Below are positions 50,875 through 64,000 of a stretch of 64,000 bases of DNA, piece by piece. Position numbers and translations under genes: made by a program. The notes under the pieces are model-generated. The model was not told the DNA's origin and did not search any database. It saw only the letters and a list, made by a program, of their open reading frames with translations. Position 1 is the first letter of the stretch; each line of letters begins with the position of its first letter. The stretch is from Octopus vulgaris (lineage: Eukaryota): assembly GCA_951406725.2 (NCBI GenBank), contig OX597826.1, positions 39,184,001 through 39,248,000 on the forward strand, given 5' to 3'.

Positions 50875-51948
50875 TGATGGCCATCCACTTGTGACCGAGG
50901 AAGATCATTGCTGACCCGCAGGAACACTGTGCGCTCCAGAACTAACTTATATTTTACATTTGCGGCTCCGTCGGTGGCTAATGAGCCCTGCTCTTGACAA
51001 GCATACACGACTGCAAACATTTCAAACCAAACTTTCCCCATTTACCACACCAGCTGTGCACTTTCGAGCAGTACGCTTAAGTTCTTCATGCAGGATACGT
51101 TCTCTCTCAAAAGTGTCAACCCCCTCCTTAAAGTGCTTCCTCCATCTGTGGCGATGACAAGTATTGCTCTCCCAGTCAGTTTCCTGCATATCACAGGCCT
51201 TTAATGAGGACTTGACACAGTCCTTAAATCGCAGCTTTGGTTTCTGCCGGGTCGCTTTCCATTCACAAGTTCCCCATATAGCATCTGCTTAGGGATCCTG
51301 CTATCCTTCATTCTAATAAGGTGTCCCGTCCAACGTAACCGGTGCTTGTGCACCATCGCCTTAATACTCAAGATATCAGTTGTCCTCAGGACCTGTGTGT
51401 CTGGAGTTTTCAAGGTCCAGCCAACATTCAGAATGTGACTGAGACATCTCTGGTGAAAGCATTCAAGAAACCTTACATGACGTTTGTAAAGGGCCCATGT
51501 CTCACATGAGTAAAGGAGCGATGTCAGTGCACATGCACGGTACACAGCAAATTTTGTTTGTTTTGTGATGCCAGAGCAAGATGTCTGGTGCCAATATGAG
51601 TCGCAGGCTCAGGGATGTGGGAGCGCCATAATTTCTAGCACAACCCAAAGATTCGCAAAATGTCCAATGCCATTCCTTGCATATCTAGTTTTATATCAGA
51701 GTAACCTTCTCCTAGAGACGTGCTTCAACAGAAGCTGAGGGGTGCCTCACTCCCAGTGGTCTTCTAGGACGCCGAACACCATCTCGGAATTTCTGCGTAC
51801 CCGTGCTGTTGCTAGATAGCCGTTGAGCCTGCACTAGGTTCATCCGACCTTTCAACAGGTCTTGTTTTTAATCCTGCTGGGTTTCTAGCAGGATCACCAG
51901 GGTAGCCTGGTGGCAGTGCCGGTTTAGTCGCCGACAACTCGACCATGC
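50875..51948 (-). pseudogene. RTE (BovB-like) LINE, internally deleted: putative 5' UTR joined to 3' RT tail
   Basis: VYRACALTSLLYSCETW...HRLRWTGHLIRMKDSRIPKQMLYGEL. Confidence 0.8.
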
Positions 51949-51961
51949 AATACACACACAT

Positions 51962-52009
<48 letters not shown>

Positions 52010-52410
52010 CTTTGAACTTGTTTCTGTAAACACCTCAAATGTAAGACATGGGCGCTTCTCCCTATTTTTCTCTCTCTTTCTCTCTCTCTCTCTTTTCTTT
52101 CTCCCTCCTTTTCTCTCTCCCTCTTTTCTTTTCTTTCTCCCTCTTTTACTCTAATCACGTGAAAGCGTGACGGACAGGCTAAGTAACACAGTGACAAGTA
52201 GAATTATAACTTCAAAGCGGCGAATCAGCAGAATCGTTAGCACGCTGGACACAATGCTTAGCGGCATTTTGTTTGAATCTGAATTCAAATTCTACCGATG
52301 GGAGCTTTGTCTTTCACCATATCCGGGTCAACAAAATAAGTACCAGTTCACCTCTCCCCGACAATTGCTGACCTTGTGTAAAAATTTGAAAGTATTATTA
52401 CCTTCACTTT

Positions 52411-52447
52411 ATTCCGATGATGAAACTGGGAGACATGAAACGTTAAC
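52411..52447 (+). ncRNA. Degenerate hammerhead-like motif
   Basis: ATT-CCGATGA-TG(...)CAT-GAAA-CG-TT-AAC; stems weak. Confidence 0.3.
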
Positions 52448-52562
52448 GAAATAATGGCTTGAGTAAAAGTAGACAAAAATTACGAGCAGACCTTAAAATA
52501 TAGTTTTAAGAGCACGGTCATATCTTTAATACATGTTTTGAAAAGAAAGCTGATTAAACACA

Positions 52563-52664
<102 letters not shown>

Positions 52665-53029
52665 CAGACAATCATGTGCGTAGAGAAACATACATAGTCA
52701 AGGCGCGCACACACACATATTTCTTTTCCGCGTTTGCAATATATTAATTTTATCGCCATTTTCTGTCTACTACTACAAATTCTGGAGTCTCCAGAAATGC
52801 TATCACTTTTCATAGATAAGGAGAAAAAAAATCGCGTCACACTTTGGAGAGTTATTATACATCACGAAGAAAACGAACGAAACTATCAACACAAGAGCAA
52901 TTTAGCAGTTAATAACGTGGAATGACACACAGCTTGTTCGTACCTGCATAAGCATATATATTATATGCGTGCGTGTATGTACGTATTTATGTATGTATGT
53001 GTTTGAGTGTGGTGAAGGAGAGATAGAGA

Positions 53030-53102
<73 letters not shown>

Positions 53103-53959
53103 CTTAAATGTTCTTGAAGAAGTGACAGTTTTCAAATATGATAACCATATCTTGAAGAGAATAGCTTCTATAAATCTTCAGATTTTCTTTTGAACTCGTA
53201 TTCCTTTTTGTGACTTTTATTCAAGAAAAGTAGGTGTACGTGTCTCTATGTGCAAATGTGTGTGTGTGTGTGTAGGTGAACCGTATCTCTATGTTCTTAA
53301 TTGCTTGTGTCGTGATACTATCTTTTTGTGTGCGTCCGGAAAGGAACATATAGGATGAGTGAGTGAGTGAGAGAGAGAGAGAGAGAGAGAGAAAGGGGAT
53401 TGGAGGAAATTGAAAGTAGAGATAAATTGTGAAAGAAAGCAACAATGTGTATTTGTATACAAACTTCGACATCACACACACGCACACACTCAAATATATT
53501 TTACACGCAGGCAGAGATATGCCTCTCTCTCTCTTTCTTCCACCTCTCTCCCGCTTCTCCCCCTCTATCTCTCTCTCTATATATATATAGAGAGAAAGAT
53601 AGAAAGCTAGGTCTTTTTTTCAAGGAACCAAATCTATAAAGAAATAGTTGAAGATACACTTGAAGTGTTTGAGGATATTTATATAACCTTGTATACATCT
53701 ATAGGTACACATGTCTTTAATGGGTACGTATGTATGTATACACACATACACGCACGCACGCACACATACATATCCATATTACAAACAGCTGCATGAATAC
53801 ACGTAATTTCAAGCAATCACATAGACTCACATAGATATACATATAAAGTATAAGGCTTGTATCGTCATGGCTTGAAATCCAGTATAAGCGATAAATATTA
53901 TTAAACAGCATTTATCTCTTACCAGATGGAGTACTTATTTTGTTGATCTTACTTTCACG

Positions 53960-55170
53960 GAACAGTATACTATATATATATATATAATCTACCCTTATTA
54001 CATTACACAGCCCAAGAAACTCAGAGGTTTACAATATTATCCAGCAGAACATCCTACAACTAAAACAAGATACAAGAATGGAATAAACATTTGAAATACA
54101 CAAAATAATCAAAATTAAAAGACAATCAAAGTTCCCCCCAAAATTCCTAAAAAATTGTGGCCGCCCCAATTGCGAGACCTGCGTCAACCGTATTGAAGAC
54201 ACAAGCAAATTCAAATCAGGACAGACTTTTACCGTAAAAAATCACTTTACATGTTCTTCAAGGAATTAAATATAGGCTATCAAATCTCAAGGATGTAATG
54301 AAGATTACATAGCTCAAACAAAGCTTACTCTAAGAAATAGACTGACCATTTACCGACAACAAATGCGAGACCCCAGTACTAGATATATTCCACTGAGTGG
54401 CACATAGACATATGTGCAAAAAACAGTCTCTCAAATTCCTGGTCTTCCCACTCTATCTATGTTCAGCGAATACCACCGATGAAGCACGGATAAACAAGGA
54501 AAATATTTTCATACAAAAGTACAAACCAAAACTTTACAAACTTTAACAGAGTACATACACAAATAACTATTCACACACAAAATTCATTCTGCCGTTTATG
54601 AGAAAGCTACACAGCTAACAACCTAAATTTTAGCCATTGGACTACATACAAACGACTCCTGTCCACCCTCCCACCAGACAGATTAAATTTAGAGTGCTTT
54701 GATTATAACTAAACATGTTCATTCAACCGTGTCGGCCTTCACTTTAGGTGCTAAATATAATATCCTGTGACACTAACACACGAACGTAGCGGGAAACGTA
54801 CAAAACTTATTCATGTATTCATTCTCTACAAACACTTGACAGAAAACATTCAGTGCATTTGATTGTTTGACATGTTCAGTCAACTGTGTCAGCCTTAGCT
54901 TACGACGCCAAACATTGTCACTTGATACTAACTCACGGACGTAGCGGGAACCAACAAAAATTTCTAAGCCCAGTCATGTGACTATCCTCTACCAATCAAA
55001 TCCTATTTAGAACATATACTAATTTGAGCCATAGACTCCCTATAAAAACAGGGCAAACTTTAAAGGCTAATCAGAAGCAAGACAACTGCACATAAGCCAC
55101 GTCTTTCTATTTGAACTTTTTGAAGATCAGTGTAAACTGTGAAACCGGTTAAATATTTGAATGTATTAAT
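53960..55170 (+). mobile_element. Penelope-like element 3' part: GIY-YIG remnant (~54150-54545) plus 3' UTR/terminal repeat
   Basis: KNCGRPNCETC...FTCSSRN*I*AI...CNEDYIAQT..LRNRLTIYRQQ...RINKENIFIQKYKP. Confidence 0.8.
55116..55153 (+). ncRNA. Hammerhead-like motif, U3 variant, at the end of the Penelope-like element
   Basis: (C)TTT-TTGAAGA-TCAG(TGTAAA)CTGT-GAAA-CCGG-TT-AAA. Confidence 0.55.
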
Positions 55171-56116
55171 AAAAATATTTTAAGTATTCCCAGTACAATT
55201 TCAATTTCTATTTTCCCTATATAGATATATATACATCGGACCTTATATGATATTTGACTTATTCTTAAACGAAAGGGATGTCGTATTGAGTATTTTAATC
55301 TTAGAAACACTAAGACAGAAAACAAAGATGGGATGCCTGAAATAACATTTTTTATTGATCTTCTTACAAACGGCAACAAAAATAATATTGATATGAACAA
55401 ATTAAAAGGTAGATTAAAGGGAATAAACAAAAGCTATCTATAATAACCAGCAAGAAGAGAGGACGAGATTAATTTGAAATATTCCTTCTCTCATCCATCT
55501 TCTTACACCACCATAATGAAAACATCAGAAATGTTACATGTTAGACGTGCAGTATACATAAGGCGGTAGTTTAACTGAGTTGGAAGATGGTTACAAGTCA
55601 CCAGTCTCAAATCAGAAACTATATATTATTGTAGCAGGGCAACGTCAAAGATTGTTATCGATTTTACACAGACTTATAATTAATGAACGGCGGGTAAAAG
55701 AGGAAAGGAGTGTGTGTGGGAGGAGAGAATAACTTGTTATAACTAATCACATTGAGCAGTAGAATTTCTAGTTTGAACAGATTTATAGATATTTGTTTAG
55801 TTTGGGGTTGAAGATTTGGTGGTTCAAGAAATAAATCTAAAAAAACAGACACTAAAGAGAAAAAGCAGAAAGGAAAGGGGGGAAATTAATAAATTATGAT
55901 TTCAAGTCATGTTCACAATACATCTGCGGAAATTATAACAATGCGAGTGTGCAATATATGAATCCAAACGTGCTTGTATGCAAGTATCTCTGTATGCACG
56001 AAAGTGTGTATATATTTATGCATGCATTATCTATTTATTTATGTATATGTGTGTGTTTATGTATCTCGCAGTTAGCTTACGTAAGTAAGCATGTATGTGC
56101 GCATGTTTCTTTCTTT

Positions 56117-56162
<46 letters not shown>

Positions 56163-56308
56163 GTCTGTCTGTCTATCTATATATATGTCTGTCTGTCAGT
56201 CTGTCAGTCTGTCTGTCTGTTGTAAAGTGGGTTCCTCCCACTGGTGTGATGTGTGACTGCCGTTGTACTGTAGTTGCTGCTTTACGCTAGTATCCAGAAT
56301 AATTACTA

Positions 56309-56487
56309 TTTCTTTACTGCCCACAAAGGGCTAAACATAGAGGGGACAAACAAGGACAGACAAAGGGATTAAGTCGATTACATCGACCCCAGCGCGTAAC
56401 TGGTACTTAATTTATCGACCCCGAAAGGATGAAAGGCAAAGTCGACCTTGGCGGAATTTGAACTCCGAACGTAACGGCAGACGAAAT
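56309..56487 (-). mobile_element. SINE family B, 5'-truncated
   Basis: 13-bp TSD AGAATAATTACTA at 56296-56308 and 56488-56500. Confidence 0.9.
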
Positions 56488-56802
56488 AGAATAATTACTA
56501 GTCGTCGGATACCGTTGTATATCTTTAGTACCGGAATAGCAATACACAAACTTCTGTCTTACTATCTCTGATAGCTCCACAAGACACCGACTAGAACTGG
56601 CAACCGGTCTATTTTTAATGGCTGGTCCTACCACTTTTTACCGGGAGAGCTATACCGTTTCACTATAAATCTTCCCTATTAATTATTTTAACGATCAATT
56701 TCTTTTATTCACCCCACCTCCTTTTTTTATATACTCTTTTTTACTCTTTTTATTCTTTTACTCTTACAACTTTTACTCAATATCTTTTCTTCTTTCATAT
56801 AA

Positions 56803-57010
56803 GCACGCCGGGCGAAATGCTTTGCAGTATTTCGCCCGTCGTTACGTTCTGAGTTCAAATTCCGCCGAGGTCGACTTTGCCTTTCATCCTTTCGGGGTCG
56901 ATTAAATAAGTACCAGTTACGCACTGGGGTCGATATAATCGAGTTAATCTGTCTGTCCTTGTTTGTCCTCTGTGTTTAGCCCCTTGTGGGTAGTAAAGAA
57001 ATAGGTATTT
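56803..57010 (+). mobile_element. SINE family B
   Basis: Homology to other family B copies. Confidence 0.88.
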
Positions 57011-57029
57011 CTACTCTTGTTGGTTCCTT

Positions 57030-57660
57030 TTCTATGAATCTTTCCTGAAGCTGATTTTTGTGTCTCCTTTCCATTCTATTTCTGCTTACACCAAACATCA
57101 TTCTTCATGTGTATATTACCATTTCTCCTTCTTCCCTGTATTGCTTGCCATTTTAATACATTCTTACATATACGTTATCACTGATTCTAAAGCATTTCAG
57201 CATGTATTTTTTCTTCACTGGTAACAGTTTATCGAATACTGACTTCACCTTACTGGCAAACATTAATTCTGTTGGTGAACTTCTTCCTGGCGCATTTGGG
57301 TTCGAAGTTACTTAAGACTTGTTGGATCGTAGCCTCATCTGTGGCTTCCTTATTAGCTTTCTTTAAAGCTCTCTTAAAAGTGTCCACGAACCGCTCGGCC
57401 CTTCCAGTCGATCTAGGGTGATACAGTGCTATACTTTTATGTTCTAACGTGAACATCTCGCAGGACCTTTTAAACTCACAGGATACAAACTATGTTCCGT
57501 TACCAGAGACAATTATATCCGGTACACCAAATCTTGAGAATAGCTCGTGTAAGAAGTTTATTACCGTGTATGCGGTTGGTCGTTTACACCTCACGACCTC
57601 AGACCATTTTGTATAGCTGTCCACTACTATTACGTAATAATATCCATTTAGAGATAGCTG
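57030..57660 (-). pseudogene. Ty3/Gypsy integrase fragment
   Basis: YYVIVVDSYTKWSEV, LFSRFGVPDIIVSGNGT*F, YHPRSTGRAERFVDTFKRAL. Confidence 0.85.
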
Positions 57661-58442
57661 AAAGCCTTTAATTAAATTGAACGATAGTAGAATCTATTAC
57701 ATACTTTTTGTTTTATTTCCTATTTTTAAATATATCATACTTTTCATCTTGCTAAAATTTTAAAATAGTTTTCAATTTTTAAAATTAAGTTTATATTTCT
57801 TAGTATGTTACTATAATAATTTGATAATATTTCAGCATGTCTCTTGATGGTTAAGGATCACAATTATATATATATATGTGAACTGTAGATCAAACTTGTT
57901 TATAATTTATTAAGTGAAAAAAATGTTTGTCTTTACACGATAATAATATCTAAGCTCTATACAAGTGGTTTTTAATCTGAGTCTTGTAATAAAAACATTT
58001 ACAAAATAATAGCAAATATTAAAGCTACAATTCAGAATTAGTGAGAGTTTTGAGGGATATAAAGGGTGGGGGTGGGGGTCAATAAATACAGAAAATGGTA
58101 AGCGGCGCTAAGATGGTTGAATATGAAAACTAAAGGTATAAGGCGATACTTTTGCATTTTTCTCATTAACTTATTTGACTATGCTCTCGTTAAGAGAATA
58201 ACAAATATAATTAGAGAAATTCCTGCTTTTTCTCAAGGGGTCGAAACATAGCCGTTTCGTTCTCTGTCTGTCTGCGTCTCTTTCACACACTAAAATACAT
58301 ACACGTATGTGTATTTATTTTATTTTTAGAAAAATAAAAAAAAGTTAGATTAACTGATGCGGTTTTCGATGCGCTCTACTTAAGAAAGCAACGAGATTGT
58401 CACGGTTGCAGTACATATTTCGGTTCACACACATACACACAT

Positions 58443-58555
<113 letters not shown>

Positions 58556-58756
58556 ATATACATATAAACACACACCACACACATAACGCACTTGAAATGC
58601 AAATATTTGAAATGTAGGTGCTCTAAATGATTTACGGCTCTACTTCGTATTGATACACACAACCACCTCCAGTCACCATCACCACCAATGCCGCCGCCGC
58701 CGCCACACACATAGCATCATAAGATGTAGTTAATGAGTTATGAACTTATTCACTAT

Positions 58757-58989
58757 ACTCTTTTTTTACTCTTTTACTCTTTTACTTGTTTCAGTCATTT
58801 GACTGCGGCCATGCTGGAGCACCGCCTTTAATCGAGCAACTCGACCCCGGGACTTATTTTTTTGTAAGCCCAGTACTTATTCTATCGGTCTCTTTTGCCG
58901 AACCGCTAAGTTGCGGGGACCTAAACACACCAGCATCGGTTGTCAAGCAATGCTAGGGGGAGAAACACAGACACACAAACACACACACA

Positions 58990-59048
<59 letters not shown>

Positions 59049-59210
59049 GACGGGCTTCTTTCAGTTTCCGTCTACCAAATCCACTCACAAGGCTTTGGTT
59101 GGCCCGAGGCTATAGTAGAAGACACTTGCCCAAGGTGCCATGCAGTGGGACTGAACCCGGAACCATGTGGTTGCTAAACAAGCTACTTACCACACAGCCA
59201 CTCCTGCGCC
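58757..59210 (-). mobile_element. SINE family A, full length
   Basis: Reverse complement of family A with internal (TA)n. Confidence 0.9.
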
Positions 59211-59285
59211 TGACATGAAAATGCCTAATTCTGCATTTCGTTGATCCGATTTATTTTCGAACATTACAGCAACTGATTTAGTAGG

Positions 59286-59363
<78 letters not shown>

Positions 59364-59553
59364 TTGTATGTAGGGGACGTATCAATCTAATTTAGTGACT
59401 CAGTAAATCTATATGGATGTGGAGGTAAATTTATTAGTATGGGGAAAGTCTAAATTTGGATAGAACATTTCGTTCAGGTTTTGTGTTGGCATGAAATGCA
59501 TAAGTTGAAGATAGACAGACAAACAGACAAGCAGATAGATAGTAGAAGAAGAG

Positions 59554-59595
<42 letters not shown>

Positions 59596-59647
59596 GAGAG
59601 AGAAAGAGAGAGAGAGTGTTAATGAAATTTACTATCAAATAAATATC

Positions 59648-59879
59648 TATTTCTTTACTGCCCACAAGGGGCTAAACACAGAAGGGACAAACAAGGACAG
59701 ACAAAGGGATTAAGTCGATTACATCGAGCCCAGCGCGTAACTGGTACTTAATTTATCGACCACGAAAGGATGAAAGGCAAAGTCGACCTCGGCGGAATTT
59801 GAATTCGGAACGCAACGGCAGACGAAATACGGCTACGCATTTCGCCCGGCGTGCTAACGTTTCTGCCAGCTCGCCGCCA
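59648..59879 (-). mobile_element. SINE family B, full length
   Basis: 15-bp TSD TATCA(A/G)ATAAATATC at 59633-59647 and 59880-59894. Confidence 0.9.
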
Positions 59880-60706
59880 TATCAGATAAATATCACTTAA
59901 TGACGAAGGGTGCAACCCGCTGTATCCATCTCTACTGCATGCTGATGTACTCCTCAGTTGAACAGTTTGTGTTCTTTTCTTCACAAACCATCACAAACGA
60001 TTGTATTCCCTTGGATCTTATTGTTTGTCATAAGTCTTTAAAAGTGTCTCCGTAAACTCTCTCTTTAACTGTCTATATACACAAGTGTAGTCATAATCTA
60101 AATATATGTTGTAGTGACCCATAAATCTACATTTGTAAGTAGTAAATGTAAACCCATGTAAATCTCGCTCTTAATTCCGCTTACTCTGTTACAGCGATGG
60201 CAAACAGATTTACATATAGGAAAACCTATTTTACTAGAAGTTGAAGCTTTTTGAGTGGCTTTTGATGTGTTGATTATTCAAATTTTGAAGAGGTGAAACG
60301 AGAATATTAGAAAATACGTCGAATTATAATTGGTCATGTAGATTTGATTAGTTGTTAAAAAGAAAAAAGAAAAAAACATTCACGCATCTATCTATTTAAT
60401 TGTCATAAGCAGAATATATCGTGTTTCATTTTTCACATGCAAAACACGTGATATTTTCAGGTTTTCAATATCATTTGCGTGAAATACACAAAAGCAAAGA
60501 AGGTGGCTACTGTAAATGCAGTTTTAGAACTGATGAATAAAACTGAATATTGCTTTCAATATGTGAACATCCTCCAGGCTATGACAAATTATATTAAAAT
60601 CAAGCTACTTTTTCCTCTTGGTATTTAAAAACATCTCAATAAATTTCAGTGTAAATGTCTTCACTATTTCACCAATTCCGACCATTTCTTTAAAATTTCG
60701 AAAGGA

Positions 60707-60898
60707 GCATTGCTTGACAACCGATGCTGGTGTGTTTACGTCTCCGTCACTTAGCGGTTCGGCAAAACAGACCGATAGAATAAGTACTGGGCTTACAAAG
60801 AATAAGTCCCGGGGTCGATTTGCTCGACTAAAAGGCGGTGCTCCAGCATGGCCGCAGTCAAATGACTGAAACAAGTAAAAGAGTAAAGAGTAAAGAGC
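60707..60898 (+). mobile_element. SINE family A 3' half
   Basis: AGCATTGCTTGACAACCG...AAAAGAGTAAAGAGTAAAGAG. Confidence 0.88.
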
Positions 60899-61361
60899 TG
60901 TAAAAGGATATTATACTTCTTCGAGAAATAAAGATCTCAGCATTTGGAACTATTAATGTAGGTACGGTGAGTGTAGTTCTCTAAATTTGAAGCACTAACC
61001 ATAGAAATCTAAATTTAAATATTGTTTTTATAGCTAGGTAATCTATCAATAACCTTAAAATTATTAATATTCTTCATTTCTGGTTCTTCAGATAATTATA
61101 CTCGTCCACTTATATTGATTGTTCCAGTTATTAAATAAAAACATTAGACTCCACCTCTTGTATCAAGTTCCCTTTTACTTAAATGCTTTTTATACCTTAT
61201 CTAAATTTATGTAGCGCTCTCTCCCTCTTCCTCCTCTCTTTCTATATTTATATTAAACAATATTAAACATACATAATACGCACGCATGCACACACGTTAT
61301 AGTGACTTCTACATACATTCATACACACACACACACATACATACATACATACATACATACA

Positions 61362-61410
<49 letters not shown>

Positions 61411-61713
61411 GTACAAAATGGGACAAGAACGTAAAACATCCAGAGAATTAGGTGATACAAGAAAGGGACAACAAAACATCCAGATAGACGATACAAAGAA
61501 GACATGGACGGGTCATTCGGAGTTTTCTTTCCTCAGTCGAGTTCCAGATTATATTTGCAATTTCGGTTGGTTATACTCGAGATTGCTCCAATCTGGCCAT
61601 CCCCAAGGAAAAACTTAACTAAGGGCATTTTGGAAGAAAGCAGTGAATGTATACGAAAACAAGGACGGAAAAAACGGAGAATGTTACACAAATACAAATA
61701 ACAGGACATAACA

Positions 61714-61833
<120 letters not shown>

Positions 61834-63174
61834 GTATGTATGTATGTATGTATTCTTAATTATATTAGAGGGTACACGAAGCACCAGTTTGCGAGAGAGT
61901 GGAAGTAAAAATCCCCAACTTAACCACTAATTTCACTGAAAATATGTAACGGACCCACAGAAATCGAGCAAACGAGTGGAATTTAACATATCAATCTCAA
62001 CTAAAAAGCCATAGAATAAGGTATCATGGATTCTGATTTCGATTTCTGGGTACCGCTTGAATTCTCCTCGGCATATATATAATGAATGAGGGAAACGGAG
62101 GCCTAAACGGTGAAAGTGCTCTAATCAGCATTTTACGGTATGTGTGTGTGTGTTTGTGTGTGTGTCGATAATTATTTGGACTTTAGGTATATGTCTATAT
62201 ACCTAAGTCCAAATAATTATTCACACACACACGCACACACACATACCGTACATACTGGCGTACTGGACGGAATTTGGACTTTAAAGAGGTCATCCCCAAA
62301 ACTAGGGGTCGTTTCTGATGGTTCATAGTAGCACCGATGTCAATGGAGAACGGTGCAAGCAATCAGCCCGTTCAACCTGGTCCCAGGCTCCGCTCTGTTT
62401 ACACTGCCTCGTTAGAACGTTCTCTCACACAGCGCTCAGCCAGCCAAGGGATTTCAGGACAAGTGTAGTTTACGATAACTAACCTACCTATTACGGCAGA
62501 TTACCAGCATGTACCGGTACCTTCTGTGACTGGCCAGTTCGTGTCAGTCAGACCAATGACAATAAACCTTACAGTTACCGTTTATTTTAAACAATTACAG
62601 CCAGGGTTTCTTGAAAAGCTTCAAGTTGTCACTCTTTCATATGCAGCAGCACTCTCACTGAGTGAACATTAATTTCCAGCAACTGTGCTGCTGTGAGAGA
62701 ATACAGTGTAACCGAAAAGATGGTAAGAATTTGGAGATTAAAGGAAGACATATTAAGGAGTATTATAGTAGGTAATTCGCAATATTTGGCCACTTTTTGG
62801 AAAGAACTAGATAAATTTTAAACAACCATGACTGCAGAATTGTTGCATACAAATTTACTGATCGAAGCACAATGCTTTTGAAAAACAAGATAAACAGAGA
62901 CTTCGAGGGTCGCTGGGGAAACTACAGCTCACCCGACCCCTTTAGCTGTGAACCTCGCGCCTTCTGCACTTCAGATATTTGCTTCGAAAACGTAGGGTAG
63001 TCTTATACAGTAAGTATAGCTCAAAACGCACTTTTTAAATGGGTCATCCTGTATAGAGTCGTATAATACTCCGGCATATGCGATATATATATACACATGC
63101 ACACACACACACACACACACACACGTGTGTGTGTGTGTATGTGTGCATTATATATATCTTTATGTATCGTTTAT

Positions 63175-63420
63175 CGTTTACTTGTATCAGTCATTAGATG
63201 CGACCATGCTGGAGCACCGCCTTGAAGGGTTTAGTCCTCTTCAGTACTTATTTTTTTCCTACGCCTGGTACTTATTCTATTGGCTTCCTGCTGCCAAACC
63301 GCTGTGTTATGGAGGATGCAAACGAACCAACAACAGTTGTCAAGCAGTAATGGGGAATAAACAAAAAGACAGACAGATAGATATATAAATATCAGTTTTC
63401 GTCTACCCAATCCACTCATG
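63175..63420 (-). mobile_element. Old, diverged family A-related SINE
   Basis: CCATGCTGGAGCACCGCC and CGTCTACCCAATCCACTCA anchors. Confidence 0.6.
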
Positions 63421-63537
63421 TGGTTTGGTTGTCGGGTTGGGCTGTAGTACAGGACGCTTTTCCCACGTGCCAAACGGTAAGACTGATCATAGATCCATGT
63501 GGTTGCGAAGGAAACTTCTCACCAAACGGCCATATCT

Positions 63538-63920
63538 GCTCCTCTCTCTCACTCTCCTCTCTCTCACTCTCCTCTCTCTCTTTCTCTCCTCTCTCTCTTT
63601 CTCTCCTCTCTCTTTCTCTCCTCTCTTTCTCTCCTCTCTCCTTCTCTCCTCTCTCTCTTTCTCTCCCCTCTCTTTCTCTCCTCACTCTCCTTCTCTCCTC
63701 TCTCTCCTTCTCTCCTCTCTCCTCTCTCTTTCTCTCCTCTCTCTTTCTCTCCTCTCTCTCCTTCTCTCCTCTCTCTCTTTCTGTCCTCTCTCCTCTCTTT
63801 CTTTCCTCTCTCTCCTCTCTTTCTCTCTCTCATCTCTCTCTTCCTCTCCTCTCTCTCTTTCTCACCTATCTCTCGCATGTCTCTCTCTCTCTCTCATGTC
63901 TCCCTCCTCTCTCTCTCTTC
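63538..63920. repeat. (CT)/(CTCCT) polypyrimidine tract
   Basis: ~380 bp almost entirely C/T. Confidence 0.95.
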
Positions 63921-64000
63921 ACATACACGTCTGCACTCGTGCGCACGCGTATGCATATTCCTCCTGCTATTTTTTATGAACTAATTTGATGAATGTGTGT

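Noticed and set aside
61543-61597. Minus-strand fold CCAGATT...GAAA-TTGCAA...AATCTGG resembling a hammerhead
   Set aside because: No CUGANGA-like core after stem I and no proper UH; left unclassified.
63416-63989. Ser/Leu- and Arg/Glu-rich ORFs
   Set aside because: Translations of the (CT)n tract.

Overview
AT-rich, extremely repeat-dense eukaryotic (animal) DNA. The SINE families and microsatellite load suggest a coleoid cephalopod such as Octopus; this is an inference from recalled repeat families, not a search. I can support no host protein-coding gene: almost every listed ORF is a microsatellite read-through, a SINE, or a decayed transposon frame. The window is a nested mosaic of four tRNA-type SINE families, decayed LINEs (RTE, CR1-like, L1/Tx1, R4/Dong-like), Penelope-like remnants, a full-length mariner, a Chapaev-type transposase, Merlin-like and hAT MITEs, a Helitron and a Gypsy integrase fragment. 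The most notable signal not shown in the ORF track is about 13 minimal hammerhead-ribozyme-like motifs (stem I - C/U/G-U/C-GANN-A - stem II - GAAA - often palindromic stem III - UH - stem I). They sit in Penelope-type terminal repeats and small non-autonomous elements. They include apparent compensatory variants of the 3-8 tertiary pair and a tRNA-headed element whose tail carries a hammerhead (a candidate Penelope-mobilised SINE). All folds were done by eye, and no activity is demonstrated.
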